A DNA stretch of 64,000 nucleotides from Desulfurococcales archaeon (GTDB lineage: Archaea > Thermoproteota > Thermoprotei_A > Sulfolobales > Desulfurococcaceae), in contig JALVYU010000011.1 in assembly GCA_027022365.1 (NCBI GenBank), forward strand, positions 16,168-80,167. The letters run 5' to 3'. The translations under genes were made by a program, and so were the position numbers. Position 1 is the first letter of the stretch. Every line of letters starts with the position of its first letter. The notes beneath the pieces are model-generated. The model ran no database searches. It was not told the origin of the DNA and saw nothing but the letters and a program-made list of their open reading frames with translations. Positions 19,175-29,568 of the stretch are shown piece after piece.

Positions 19175-20674
19175 GTGATCGCTATGAGGATTTCACGTCC
19201 CGCTAGAAGTATTGTAGGATTATGCCTACATAGCCCTGGAAACCCGTGCGAGAGAATTGGTCATCCAGAGCACTTGCTCATTCAATTATTCATCGATTAC
19301 TTGAAGAAAAAAAGAATACCTAAGCAAATAGTCCTAGCATATTATCCTATAGCCTTTCTAGAAGTATTTGACGAGAAAGGAATATTGGTCGACGCATATA
19401 CGCTTAAGAAGACAAAGATGCCTCTATGGTCTCCACCAATAACACTTCTGCTCAAATCTGTCGAGGAGATAGATACCTCATCCACGCATGATTTTATGAG
19501 AGGATTGAAGATAGTTAAGAGGCTTGCGACGGAGATCTATGCAGGAAAATACAGTGATATTGAGTACCAAGAAGTACCCGGCCTCATAACGGGAGGCATT
19601 AAAAATACCTTGGAGAATTTGTTCCCCATTGCCACGACGACCGGCCTTACAGGCCTAATGCTCGAACATGACGAAGGATATAGGAGCACAAAATACGTTT
19701 ATATAAGAACTATCACTTCGCTCGAAAACCTAATGTCTTTGACTCAGCAGGCTCACTCACTACTATTCAGGAAGTATAAGGAATGGATAACAAATATAAC
19801 GAGACATTATAACGAACGTTTCGGCGAATTAGAACTAAGTCTTGAAGAGACGAGAAAGATTGTTGACTCGAATATCCAGAATTTTAGTATGAAGATGAAT
19901 AATGAGATGAAACATATCGAAGAAAACTATCATTACAAGATAGAAAAATTATTGTTCAGAAGCACTCAGATCCAACGTGAACTAACTGAGATCAAAAAGA
20001 AGATCTCTGACCCAACATATGTCGATAAAGAAGAACTCCTGAGAGAAGAACTGAAAAGGCTGGAGAGAGAAAGAAAGCTCATCCTCAATGAGATAGAGGA
20101 GCTAAGACGAGAGGCCGAATCAGAGATCGATCTTGTTAAGAGGAAGTACTACAAACTCATAACAAAGGAGAGGAACAAGTTACAAGTTCTTGTAAAAGAA
20201 AAAAGAAACATAGAGCGTGAGATGAAGGGCAAAGTCAACCGTATATACATGATGTTCAAGGATGTTGAGAAATGTATAGATTACATATCGTCCAAACTTG
20301 CTGGCTTCCGTCGGATCTACGAGGACGCAATGATTCATAGCCCTGCTTTAGGCGAATCACTCTATTATCTAAATATTATCATCGCTTCCAACGAAAAGAA
20401 TACTTGGATTGTCCCCTCCTATGATGTTGTCATTGCTAACGGTAGTATCGGTATTTACAGGATCAAGGAGGTTGATAAAATTATCGAAACTGTTAAAAAG
20501 GATCTTACGAAAATAGTTCGTGCCGAGAAAGATAGGGTACTCATTTATAGGATGAATGACCTTATCGAGCAGAAGAAGGCTAAACAAATTCTTCATCATT
20601 TGTTGAAAAAATATGGTCTTAACAAGGATGTCGAGACAAAAATAGATAGGTTCATAGGGAGGCTCTATGAGTAG
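19175..20674 (+). CDS. coiled-coil hypothetical protein
   Basis: 499 aa with a long K/E/R-rich heptad-like central region ('EELLREELKRLERERKLILNEIEELRREAESEIDL'). The end overlaps the next gene's start by 8 nt. Confidence 0.5.
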   Translation: MIAMRISRPARSIVGLCLHSPGNPCERIGHPEHLLIQLFIDYLKKKRIPKQIVLAYYPIAFLEVFDEKGILVDAYTLKKTKMPLWSPPITLLLKSVEEIDTSSTHDFMRGLKIVKRLATEIYAGKYSDIEYQEVPGLITGGIKNTLENLFPIATTTGLTGLMLEHDEGYRSTKYVYIRTITSLENLMSLTQQAHSLLFRKYKEWITNITRHYNERFGELELSLEETRKIVDSNIQNFSMKMNNEMKHIEENYHYKIEKLLFRSTQIQRELTEIKKKISDPTYVDKEELLREELKRLERERKLILNEIEELRREAESEIDLVKRKYYKLITKERNKLQVLVKEKRNIEREMKGKVNRIYMMFKDVEKCIDYISSKLAGFRRIYEDAMIHSPALGESLYYLNIIIASNEKNTWIVPSYDVVIANGSIGIYRIKEVDKIIETVKKDLTKIVRAEKDRVLIYRMNDLIEQKKAKQILHHLLKKYGLNKDVETKIDRFIGRLYE

Positions 20675-21860
20675 TGAAGAGGAATGTTTCAACCGTAGAA
20701 ATGTCTATGCTCTTAGCGCTACAAGCTTATTAACCGATATCAGTAGCGAGTCCGTCTATGCAGTTCTTCCTTTCTATATCTTATCGCTTGGATACGGTAG
20801 GGATATAATAGGTTTTGTAGAAGGTCTTGGAGGATTTCTTGATAGCTTAATGCGGCTTATAAGTGGAAAACTAGCTGATCGTGTTGGGAAGTATAAGTTG
20901 CTCGCGACAACAGGTTATTTAATATCATCGGTTTCTAAGCCTTTCTTCGCTTTTACGAGTTCCTGGCCGATCATAGCACTCATCAGAGCTATTGATCGCA
21001 TCGGGAAAGGGATCAGGACATCCCCACGCGACGCACTATTATCTTTTAGCACGTCTCCAAAATACAGAGGTAAAGCCTTTGGACTACATCGGAGCCTAGA
21101 TACACTGGGTGCCATAATAGGTCCTCTGTTTGCATTCTTTATACTGCCGTTCCTAGGATTCGGTGGAGTCTTCATATTAAGCCTCGCCCCTGGGCTATTA
21201 GCGGTTCTCCTCATAGCAGCGATTGTCTCAGAGAAGGAACTATGTCTACGGAGTGAAGAGAGGAAGAAGTCGAGGACGGTGATTGCTGGCAAACTCCCAA
21301 GAGAATATTGGTTCTTCCTCTTGTCCGTGGGGATGTCTGGATTGTCGGGTTTTGGCCAAGCATTTCTTCTGATCAGATCAGTTGAGCTCGGCTGGAGCAA
21401 GGAATACAGTTTATTCTTCCTGATGATCTCTAATACTGTGTATGCCTTAACTGCTTATCCGGTAGGGCTTATCAGTGATAAGATGGGGGCTAGAAGAAAG
21501 TATCTTTATCCAATAGTTTTCATCCTTACATTCGTGACGGGAGTATTCCTAGCGATAATACAGTCTCCCTCCATGGCAATAATATCATTCATCATGCTCG
21601 GACTATACATGGCATTCAACGACACACTTAGACGTATAATCACTGGCCTTCTTCTACCAGTTAGGACACGTGGAACTGGTTATGGATACATGCATGGAAT
21701 ACATGGTTTAGCATATCTGGTCGGGAATACTATTCTCGGAAAACTGTATCAGATGTATGGAGCCACCATAGCGTTCACTTACATGTCATTAACGGCACTG
21801 ATCGGCTTTGTCACGGCGACATTGTTCTTAGTGGGGTTCTGGCGCTCAATTCTTAACTAG
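20667..21860 (+). CDS. MFS transporter
   Basis: About 12 predicted TM segments. 'GKLADRVGKYK' and 'ISDKMGARRK' are MFS loop 2-3 / 8-9 type motifs. Confidence 0.75.
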   Translation: MSSEEECFNRRNVYALSATSLLTDISSESVYAVLPFYILSLGYGRDIIGFVEGLGGFLDSLMRLISGKLADRVGKYKLLATTGYLISSVSKPFFAFTSSWPIIALIRAIDRIGKGIRTSPRDALLSFSTSPKYRGKAFGLHRSLDTLGAIIGPLFAFFILPFLGFGGVFILSLAPGLLAVLLIAAIVSEKELCLRSEERKKSRTVIAGKLPREYWFFLLSVGMSGLSGFGQAFLLIRSVELGWSKEYSLFFLMISNTVYALTAYPVGLISDKMGARRKYLYPIVFILTFVTGVFLAIIQSPSMAIISFIMLGLYMAFNDTLRRIITGLLLPVRTRGTGYGYMHGIHGLAYLVGNTILGKLYQMYGATIAFTYMSLTALIGFVTATLFLVGFWRSILN

Positions 21861-21885
21861 ACAGGAGCCATTATTAATTGAATAG

Positions 21886-22839
21886 GTGGTGCGAATGGTC
21901 ACGAGCATGAAAGGCAAGCACTTCTTGACGTTAGCCGATTTCACACGTGAAGAACTAGAATTCATGCTAGACACTGCGAAAATGCTTAAAGAAAGATACT
22001 TGGCCGGAGAAAGGATCATACCGATACTAAGGGGGAGGCACCTAGCCCTCCTCTTTGAAAAACCTAGCACCCGTACAAGAATAAGCTTCGAAACAGCGAT
22101 GCTTGAACTAGGTGGTGACGCCTTATATCTGAACTGGAGAGACCTACAGTTAGGGAGAGGAGAAACGATCGAGGACACTGCGAGAGTCTTGTCGCGATAC
22201 GTAGACGGCATAATGGCTCGCGTATACGAGCACGAAAAACTCGTCAAACTAGCACAGTATAGCCGTGTCCCTGTGATCAACGGTCTTAGCGATCTGCTCC
22301 ACCCGGCACAGGCATTGACTGATATCTACACTATAATGGAGAAGAAAGGCACAGATCTCAGGAAGCTCAAAATAGTGTTCGTTGGTGATGGGAGAGACAA
22401 CGTGTTACATAGCCTCATGCTGGGAATAGGTATCCTGGGCGGGAAGATAATAATAGCTAGTCCCGAGGGATACGAACCCGATCCGAAAGTCGTGAAGATG
22501 TTCGAGGAAACAGCAGCACCTAACGGCGGTGAATACGAGATCATAAGGGATCCCGTCGAAGCCGTCAAGGGAGCCGATGTCGTATATACTGATGTCTGGG
22601 TGAGCATGGGCCAAGAATCGATCAAGGAGAAGAAAATACGTGATCTGAGCCCATACCAGGTTAACAAGGAGCTCATGAGCTATGCAAAGCCGGATGCCAT
22701 ATTCATGCACTGTCTGCCAGCGCATAGAGGACAAGAAGTGACCGATGAAGTAATTGATGGCAAATGGAGCGTGGTATGGGATCAGGCAGAGAACAGGAAA
22801 CATGTACAGAAAGCCATACTCGCGCTCCTAATACCTTGA
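21886..22839 (+). CDS. argF: ornithine carbamoyltransferase
   Basis: 'EKPSTRTRISFE', 'HPAQALTD', 'DVWVSMGQE' and 'HCLPAHRGQEV' give the full canonical OTCase motif set. Confidence 0.9.
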   Translation: MVRMVTSMKGKHFLTLADFTREELEFMLDTAKMLKERYLAGERIIPILRGRHLALLFEKPSTRTRISFETAMLELGGDALYLNWRDLQLGRGETIEDTARVLSRYVDGIMARVYEHEKLVKLAQYSRVPVINGLSDLLHPAQALTDIYTIMEKKGTDLRKLKIVFVGDGRDNVLHSLMLGIGILGGKIIIASPEGYEPDPKVVKMFEETAAPNGGEYEIIRDPVEAVKGADVVYTDVWVSMGQESIKEKKIRDLSPYQVNKELMSYAKPDAIFMHCLPAHRGQEVTDEVIDGKWSVVWDQAENRKHVQKAILALLIP

Positions 22840-22986
22840 AACACCCGGTCCAAACACATTGATAGGACGCGATCAGGATAATACCATACAATATTTTTAT
22901 ATTCTATCAGACATACCCTTGAAACCCAGAGATAAACCTAGCATTAACCACAGGTTTGTTTATTACTTTGCTTATGGGGGAAAAGA

Positions 22987-25374
22987 ATGTCGCAAGAATT
23001 CGAAAAACTCATTACCAAGATCTATGAAGCCCTGGATAAAAGGCCCGGTCTTTCAAAAATCCTGACCGCAGTGCTCCTCACGGTTTTCGCCGGAATAGGA
23101 ATATATCTGCGCGCACTACCGGCGATCAAATGGGGTTTAGAGCTCCACGCCAACGACCCATGGATCGAGTACTGGCAGACAAACTACACCTATTATCATG
23201 GTCTGCTCAGCTGGTACACGCTGACCCCGTCCAACCCCGCCACTCATCTATTCTGGTATCCATGGGGAAGGAATTTCCTACTATCTGCTTATCCGGGCAT
23301 ACCGATATGGACAGCGCTGACATACTATGTTGTGGGCGCCCTGGGGATCACGGTCAAGGCATGGGTTGCGCTACAACCACTAGTATTTGCCGGATTCACG
23401 TTCGTAACGTTGTTCTTCGCTGTGAGAGAGATCATGGATGGGAGTAACGTAGCTGGGCTCATGGCAGCCCTTCTCTATGCTTTGGTTCCAGCGGCAAGTG
23501 ATAGAACGATCGTGGGGTTCGTGGAGAAGGAAGGCGTTGCGATGGCTATGGTCTTCCTGTTCATATACTTCTACTCGAGACTGATGAAGACATATAAGCG
23601 TAAAGACGTCGATGTAAAGAAAAAGATGATTTACCTCATACTAGCTGCTCTAAGTATGGCGTCGGTTGGCTGGTTCTGGGGTGGATTCCTCTACGTGTGG
23701 ATGGGGCTGATAGTATTCATGATCCTATACCCCTTGTTCGCGCCGAAGGAGATAACACCGAGATTCCTTAAATACAATATAGCGCTCATATTATTGTCTC
23801 TCATTCTATCCTTTGCGGCGCCAACCGTGCCAGAAGCACTGGGTTTCTTCCCTAGATTCAATCCCAAGGGTATAGGCGTACTGGCTCTAGCATCCCTGGT
23901 TCTCCCCATCATATACTATGTGCTCGGTAATAGCAAATACTTCAAGAAGAAAATACTGACTCCAGCACGTTACTTCCTAATATTATTCTTCGGAGTAATA
24001 GCCGGCGTAGTATTAGCGGTTAAAGGCATAATACCCGTCAGCGGCAGACTCGCATGGGCGCTGGGTCTGCGATTCGTACACGTGTCTCCGCTCGTAGAGA
24101 GTGTTGCAGAGCAACAGCCAGCACTAGTTGCGAAGGGATTGACCGGTCTCTTTACTGCTTGGGGTACCGGTATCTATGCCTTATTCTTCGTGTCACCACT
24201 GATCCTCGCAATAATCGGTGCTTTCTATCTCCTGTATAAGGGCCGCGCCGACAGAGTCTATCTGGCGCTGGCTTTCTTGATAGCGTTTTACGCATATATG
24301 AACGCGACATATTTTGAGGCCACAGCCGCTACCTATGGCCTAGCGGTTGCGGGCTGTTTCCTCGGCTGGCTCTTCCAGAAGTTCCTGCCGAGCAGGAAAG
24401 AAATAATGGAGCGTAAGAGGGGAAGAGTTAGCTTCAGACATAAGTCCTCGGCAAGGATCATAGCATTCGTATTCGTCGTCCTAGCACTAATAAACTTGGC
24501 AGCAGCTGGCGCGGTCACATACAATAGCCATATTAGGATGGTACCATCAATTATGGCGGGTGGTGCTCCAGTTAATGCTCGTACCAATGCATGGTATGAT
24601 ACCCTGAAATTCCTAGAGAAAAACACGGCAAGAGATGCACTCATAGTGGCGTGGTGGGACTACGGATACTGGATAAGTGTTGGAGCGCATAGAGCAACCC
24701 TTGCAGACGGCGCGACACTGAATGGTACACAGATATCCCTACTAGCAAAAATATTGACGGCATATAATGAGACCGAAGCTGTCAAGATATTAAAAGAGCT
24801 CAAAGCACCTGAGAACCAGACCTATATACTTGTCTTCGATGTCTTCCGCTTCATACCGGGCAAGAACAACACTATTACAGTGGTGCCAATTGTTGGCGGG
24901 GGAACATTTGTGGGCCTTGTTGATCTACCGAAGAGCTACTGGATGGTGAGGATAGCGCGTGAGGATGTATCTAAGTACTTCTACCTCTACATTGTGCAGA
25001 GCCAGCGCCTAGCGTTTCTATCGCCCAGATTCGATGAGCCAAACAAGCTACCACTTATCTATAAGATAATGGTGGACGGTATACTTTATCTCAACTACGA
25101 GGACAAGAACCATACTTACTATTTCGTATGGTATACAGGTAATGTCCAGCCAGTATCGCCAGAGTACCAGTTGTTCGCCGAAAGGGTCGGGATAAAGTAC
25201 CAGGTAACAGTTACTTCGACAAGGACGCTATCATTCATTGACAGGCCGCAGTTCAAGTATTTCGAGCCATATAAGGTTATTGCAGAGCCTTATCAAGGTC
25301 TCCCAGGATATTATGAGGTAATATTCATATACAAGGCGGTCTTCTCGGGAGTAAACCGGTCAACAACTGGTTAA
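22987..25374 (+). CDS. aglB: dolichyl-phosphooligosaccharide-protein glycosyltransferase (archaeal oligosaccharyltransferase, STT3 family)
   Basis: 795 aa with a multi-TM N-terminal half and the catalytic 'WWDYGYW' motif. Confidence 0.9.
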   Translation: MSQEFEKLITKIYEALDKRPGLSKILTAVLLTVFAGIGIYLRALPAIKWGLELHANDPWIEYWQTNYTYYHGLLSWYTLTPSNPATHLFWYPWGRNFLLSAYPGIPIWTALTYYVVGALGITVKAWVALQPLVFAGFTFVTLFFAVREIMDGSNVAGLMAALLYALVPAASDRTIVGFVEKEGVAMAMVFLFIYFYSRLMKTYKRKDVDVKKKMIYLILAALSMASVGWFWGGFLYVWMGLIVFMILYPLFAPKEITPRFLKYNIALILLSLILSFAAPTVPEALGFFPRFNPKGIGVLALASLVLPIIYYVLGNSKYFKKKILTPARYFLILFFGVIAGVVLAVKGIIPVSGRLAWALGLRFVHVSPLVESVAEQQPALVAKGLTGLFTAWGTGIYALFFVSPLILAIIGAFYLLYKGRADRVYLALAFLIAFYAYMNATYFEATAATYGLAVAGCFLGWLFQKFLPSRKEIMERKRGRVSFRHKSSARIIAFVFVVLALINLAAAGAVTYNSHIRMVPSIMAGGAPVNARTNAWYDTLKFLEKNTARDALIVAWWDYGYWISVGAHRATLADGATLNGTQISLLAKILTAYNETEAVKILKELKAPENQTYILVFDVFRFIPGKNNTITVVPIVGGGTFVGLVDLPKSYWMVRIAREDVSKYFYLYIVQSQRLAFLSPRFDEPNKLPLIYKIMVDGILYLNYEDKNHTYYFVWYTGNVQPVSPEYQLFAERVGIKYQVTVTSTRTLSFIDRPQFKYFEPYKVIAEPYQGLPGYYEVIFIYKAVFSGVNRSTTG

Positions 25375-25428
25375 TAGCCCCTATATTTTTAACCATTCCA
25401 TTGCCGATTTCATTACTGGTGTATTTAC

Positions 25429-25971
25429 ATGATTTTCCGAAGAAGAAAAATAGATCCTTATAGAGAAGGCATTCAAGCCCTTTACTCCGTCAAATTAGGG
25501 ATGAGCAAGATCGAGGCTTTACTCGATAGGATTAAGAATCGCCGTCACCGCATGATGGAGGTTGCGGCAGAGCTTCAGATGCGTGGAGAAACATTTCTAG
25601 CAAAGAAATATGCGGAAGAAATAGCTAAGCTTGATAAGATATCTGCTCGTCTACAAATGATCCACCTTGTCCTAGAAAAAGTGGCTTTAAGCCTAGAGTA
25701 CGCGATGACCGTTCATAATTTCCAAGGGATAGCAAAAGAGGTGCTCGAGATAACAAGGGATCTCAAGAAATTGCCTGAATCAACTATTCCGGATATGGGT
25801 CTTATGCTTTATAATCTCGAGGAATCATTGAAAGCTATAGCTAACTCAGGGGCTAATGTCCCGGATTATAGCTTGATAGATATGTCGCCATCAACGGACG
25901 AGAATACTGAGAAGATACTCAAGGAAGCCAGGGAGATATTGAAGTCAAGACTGACAGTTGATGCAGCCTAG
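25429..25971 (+). CDS. ESCRT-III / Snf7-family protein (CdvB paralog)
   Basis: Basic N-terminus and acidic C-terminus. The helical pattern 'AKKYAEEIAKLDKISARLQMIHLVLEKVALSLEYAMTV..FQG' parallels Sulfolobus CdvB as I recall it. Confidence 0.65.
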   Translation: MIFRRRKIDPYREGIQALYSVKLGMSKIEALLDRIKNRRHRMMEVAAELQMRGETFLAKKYAEEIAKLDKISARLQMIHLVLEKVALSLEYAMTVHNFQGIAKEVLEITRDLKKLPESTIPDMGLMLYNLEESLKAIANSGANVPDYSLIDMSPSTDENTEKILKEAREILKSRLTVDAA

Positions 25972-26675
25972 ACAAGGCCTTTTCTCCTTCGATTCCTCCT
26001 TATGTGCTCATGTAACACTTCCTCGCTTAAATAGTACCTGTGCCTAGGTATACCAACCGATACCATGTATACTGGCTGAACTCCCTCTCTGATACCAGCG
26101 GCTTCTCCTAGTTCATCGTCATAGAAAGCACCTATGGCGACCGCGCCGAGGCCGAGTGCTGTTGCCTCCAAATAGATGTTCTGGGCACAATGACCTGCCT
26201 CTAGTATAACATATCTGATCCCGCGTTCGCCATAGTATCGTGTTGTCCGCTCATAATCTGCGGCTATGACGATGTTAGCCTTGGCCTGGAGGACCCATTT
26301 CTGCGAGAGACAAGCCCTATAGATCTCCTCCTTGATATGGCCCGGCTTAACATATGCAAGGACATGGTACTGTGGCAGATATCTATATGACCCAGGCTCC
26401 AAGAACTCGCCATTACCTAGCTCGACATCTTCTGTCCCAACAACGAGATATAGTTCTAACGGATAAGTAGCGCCGGCACTCGGGCATGTCAAGAATCCTT
26501 TGGTAGGCATCGACAAGCCGTAGGCGGCCCACAGTAGTTGGGAAACATCACTAATGCTGAGCGGTTCATCCCTGAAGCTTCTATGACTCCTCCTATAAGC
26601 GAGCGCTTGTTCGACGCTGAGAACACCCGATCTTATCCTTGGCAGGGGAAGTGTGATCATAGACACTGCCATCAA
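25968..26675 (-). CDS. nitroreductase-fold protein, SagB-type dehydrogenase domain
   Basis: 'RRSHRSFRDEPLS', 'PSAGATYPLELY' and 'ILEAGHCAQNIYLEATALGLGAVAIGAF'. Confidence 0.7.
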   Translation of the reverse strand: MMAVSMITLPLPRIRSGVLSVEQALAYRRSHRSFRDEPLSISDVSQLLWAAYGLSMPTKGFLTCPSAGATYPLELYLVVGTEDVELGNGEFLEPGSYRYLPQYHVLAYVKPGHIKEEIYRACLSQKWVLQAKANIVIAADYERTTRYYGERGIRYVILEAGHCAQNIYLEATALGLGAVAIGAFYDDELGEAAGIREGVQPVYMVSVGIPRHRYYLSEEVLHEHIRRNRRRKGLV

Positions 26676-26750
26676 TCCTCTTAGAATAACCGATTATGAT
26701 TTCTTCATACAATTTTTGTCTCGAAGCACAGGTATTTATACAGATATGGA

Positions 26751-27521
26751 TCAGAACACGAGCGTGTAGCGTCTCTCTTCTCTGAGAATAGCGAGTTTGA
26801 TCCCTAGACTCCTAAGCATTTGTTTCACTTTTTCCGGTATCTTGTTTATTATGAAGGAAGGCCCCGTAATGATTATCTCATCATAGATTCCATTACTGGA
26901 TAGCAGAGCAGATCCTATGGCGTAAGCCAGGTTCTTTAGCTGTGTTGCCTGGTCAGTCCCTGGATCGATCACCCATACAGCCGTCTTTTTTCCGTTATCG
27001 GCGACTATATCCGGAGTTAGTGGTTTTCTGTGTTGGAGTATGATCTGGACTTTATAGCCCTTGTTCTCCAGTATCTCGGATATCTGGGATAATACTAGTT
27101 TTCTCGTGGGGAGATAATGGTGGGGTTCAAGGTATTTCTCCAGGGGGCCATGAATATCTGGGTCGTAAAGAGTATATCTCCCCCTACTGATTCTGAAAAG
27201 GAATAGTTTCTCTGGATCCTTATACCTATCTTTACTATTGCTGTTCACTGTAACTAGATCTACTTCGAAATCTAGGCTTGTCTCAGGTCTCGATGGGTCA
27301 ATGTTTTTCTTGGCGAACATGGTTAGTTCTTTCCTCGTGAAGGAGGTCTTACCCTTCTTCGTCAGTTCCTCCGCTGCTTTTTTCAGCACCATCCATGTCG
27401 GTAGCTTACTTGTTTCCATGACTATTCCCCAGTAAAGTATAGGGGGTATTAGGCCAAATATATAAGTTACGATATAAGGCAGAGAAGTAAGGAGTGATGA
27501 AAAAATGGTAAGAGGAAACAC
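26751..27521 (-). CDS. hypothetical protein: Mrr_N/HARE-like wHTH plus Hjc/Mrr-like endonuclease-fold C-terminal domain (catalytic motif degenerate)
   Basis: 'WMVLKKAAEEL...FTRKEL...ISRGRYTLYDP' is wHTH-like. 'ISEILENKGYKV...PDIVADNGKKTAVWVIDPG' parallels the Hjc 'E..L...G....DLVA.NGKK...IEVK' pattern but lacks the E-x-K. The real start may be the Met at 'METSK'. Confidence 0.35.
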   Translation of the reverse strand: MFPLTIFSSLLTSLPYIVTYIFGLIPPILYWGIVMETSKLPTWMVLKKAAEELTKKGKTSFTRKELTMFAKKNIDPSRPETSLDFEVDLVTVNSNSKDRYKDPEKLFLFRISRGRYTLYDPDIHGPLEKYLEPHHYLPTRKLVLSQISEILENKGYKVQIILQHRKPLTPDIVADNGKKTAVWVIDPGTDQATQLKNLAYAIGSALLSSNGIYDEIIITGPSFIINKIPEKVKQMLRSLGIKLAILREERRYTLVF

Positions 27522-27554
27522 TACTGTTTTTCTTTGGGGGGTTATCTATAAGAG

Positions 27555-28475
27555 TTAATTACTGTTTTTATCCGAGGCAAGTAGCTCGACTATTCTATCA
27601 GCAAGTCCCCGGAGGGCTTTTGCAGCTTCTCCCTCAGGATATTCTACTAGGTATGGTTTCTTCTTATCGAGTGCTTCTCCGATGTACGGGTCTAGGGGTA
27701 TCTTGGCCAGTAATCTAGTACCATATTTCTTCGCCAGATCTTCGCCTGTGCTCTTACCTAGGAGCTGGTATATGGAACCACACTTTGGGCACTTGAAATA
27801 GCTCATGTTCTCGACTATTCCTAGAAGCGGTATATTGTTCTTTATGATGAAGTTTATGGCCTTTGCGACTATTACCTCGGACAATATGCTTGGGGCAGTA
27901 ACAACTATTGCGCCGTCGAGATCGCTTATTGTCTGTACTATCGTTATAGCCTCGTCACCGGTCCCCGGAGGTAGATCTATTACTAAGAAGTCGTTCTCTC
28001 CCCAATTCACCTTGGCTAGTAGCTCGGTAATAGCCCGGGATTTAAGAGGGCCTCTCCACACGATCGGAGTATCTGGGGTATCGAGCATCATGTTTATCGC
28101 AACAACCTTGACTCCCAGCGGTCCTGGCACGGGCTCTATTCCGTAGGGGCCAGCGTAGTGTCGCGCATCCTCGAGGCCCAGAACCGTGGGTATTGATGAA
28201 CCATGGATGTCCGCGTCGAATATGGCTACTCTATATCCTTTCTCTGCGAGTGCAAGGCTGAGCATTGATGAGATAAAAGTTTTTCCGACACCGCCTTTGC
28301 CGCTGAGAACCATTATTTTGTACTTGGTCTTACCTAGCCTTTCACGTGCCTCGTTTATTGTCTTAAAGATAGGAGTAGGTGCTCGAGGCTTCATAGTGTA
28401 GTTTTGCGACATATTTGGCTCACCCAGATAAGCAGTAATGATCATAGCTTGAGACAACTTTATTGTAAGAGGCAA
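27555..28475 (-). CDS. Mrp/NBP35-family Fe-S cluster carrier ATPase (ApbC-like)
   Basis: Deviant Walker A 'SGKGGVGKTF', 'DLPPGTGD' and 'CPKCG'. Confidence 0.85.
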   Translation of the reverse strand: MPLTIKLSQAMIITAYLGEPNMSQNYTMKPRAPTPIFKTINEARERLGKTKYKIMVLSGKGGVGKTFISSMLSLALAEKGYRVAIFDADIHGSSIPTVLGLEDARHYAGPYGIEPVPGPLGVKVVAINMMLDTPDTPIVWRGPLKSRAITELLAKVNWGENDFLVIDLPPGTGDEAITIVQTISDLDGAIVVTAPSILSEVIVAKAINFIIKNNIPLLGIVENMSYFKCPKCGSIYQLLGKSTGEDLAKKYGTRLLAKIPLDPYIGEALDKKKPYLVEYPEGEAAKALRGLADRIVELLASDKNSN

Positions 28476-28528
28476 TTATTAATCTAACTAGCATCAAGAT
28501 ATAGTCAAGTATATGGTGCCTTATCCAG

Positions 28529-29503
28529 GTGAGCGTATTCATGAAAGTGTGCTGTAGAGCTCCTGGAAAGACGATATGGTTCGGAGAACATTTTGTGGTG
28601 AAAGGCATCCCAGCTATAGCGAGTAGTGTCGACCTATATGTTAGGACTTATGTCGAGCCATGTAAAGACGACAAGATAAAGTTTTGGTCAAAGTCGCTCG
28701 AGAAGGGATTCATATATGGAGAGAAAGAACCCGACGAAAAACTTCTCCCGTTTAAGCGTATCCTTGATCTTATCAGTAATAGGTATGGAGAACTCCCTAG
28801 TATGAAGATTACCATCGACTCGGACATACCAATATCATATGGGCTTGGCTCATCAGCTGCTTCGAGCATAAGCTTTGCCGCCGCAGTACTCAAGTACATT
28901 GGGGAAGAACCTACAACAGCCCTTATTAAGGAGCTGTCAATGGAGGCCGAAAAAATAGTGCATGGGAAACCAAGCGGTATAGACACAGCGATCTCTCTGC
29001 ACGGCGGCTTCATATATTATCTGGGCCCACACGACATAAGGCCACTAAACGCCAAGTGGATCGACGAATATACTCTCCTCGTCATCGGTACTGGAATAAC
29101 ACGTAATACCGGATTAGTTGTCAGGAAAGTACTCGAGAGATACGAGCGTTTCCCAACCATTATGAAAAGAATATATGATGCAGCAAAAGAGATATCCTTG
29201 ATCGCTAAATCCCTCACGACTATTGGTGAATGGGATAAAATAGGAGAGCTAATGAACATAAACCACGGTCTCTTAGTCTCTATAGGTGTAGCAATACCTG
29301 AAACTGAGAGAATAATACACAATAGCCTCAGACTAGGGGCGCTTGGAGCGAAGATAAGTGGTGCAGGTTTGGGAGGAATAGTGATCGTGCTGTCGAGGAA
29401 GAAGGACAAAGACATAATAGTCAATGGATTAATGAGCTTCTCAAACGAGATAATCGAGGTAAAACCAGGAGTACCCGGATTGGAGTGCTCAGTCAAAAAT
29501 TGA
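28529..29503 (+). CDS. mvk: mevalonate kinase
   Basis: 'APGKTIWFGEHFVV', the GHMP motif 'PISYGLGSSAASS', and 'KISGAGLGG'. Confidence 0.85.
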   Translation: MSVFMKVCCRAPGKTIWFGEHFVVKGIPAIASSVDLYVRTYVEPCKDDKIKFWSKSLEKGFIYGEKEPDEKLLPFKRILDLISNRYGELPSMKITIDSDIPISYGLGSSAASSISFAAAVLKYIGEEPTTALIKELSMEAEKIVHGKPSGIDTAISLHGGFIYYLGPHDIRPLNAKWIDEYTLLVIGTGITRNTGLVVRKVLERYERFPTIMKRIYDAAKEISLIAKSLTTIGEWDKIGELMNINHGLLVSIGVAIPETERIIHNSLRLGALGAKISGAGLGGIVIVLSRKKDKDIIVNGLMSFSNEIIEVKPGVPGLECSVKN

Positions 29504-29568
29504 TTGAAGCACTGATTAGGAAAAAGTATTGTTCAAACATAAATATTCCCCCTACCTATATTAGGTGC

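Noticed and set aside
25968-26675. SagB-type dehydrogenase as a marker of a thiazole/oxazole-modified peptide (TOMM) cluster
   Set aside because: No YcaO cyclodehydratase, docking protein or plausible Cys/Ser/Thr-rich precursor ORF is nearby. Stand-alone SagB-like nitroreductases are common.
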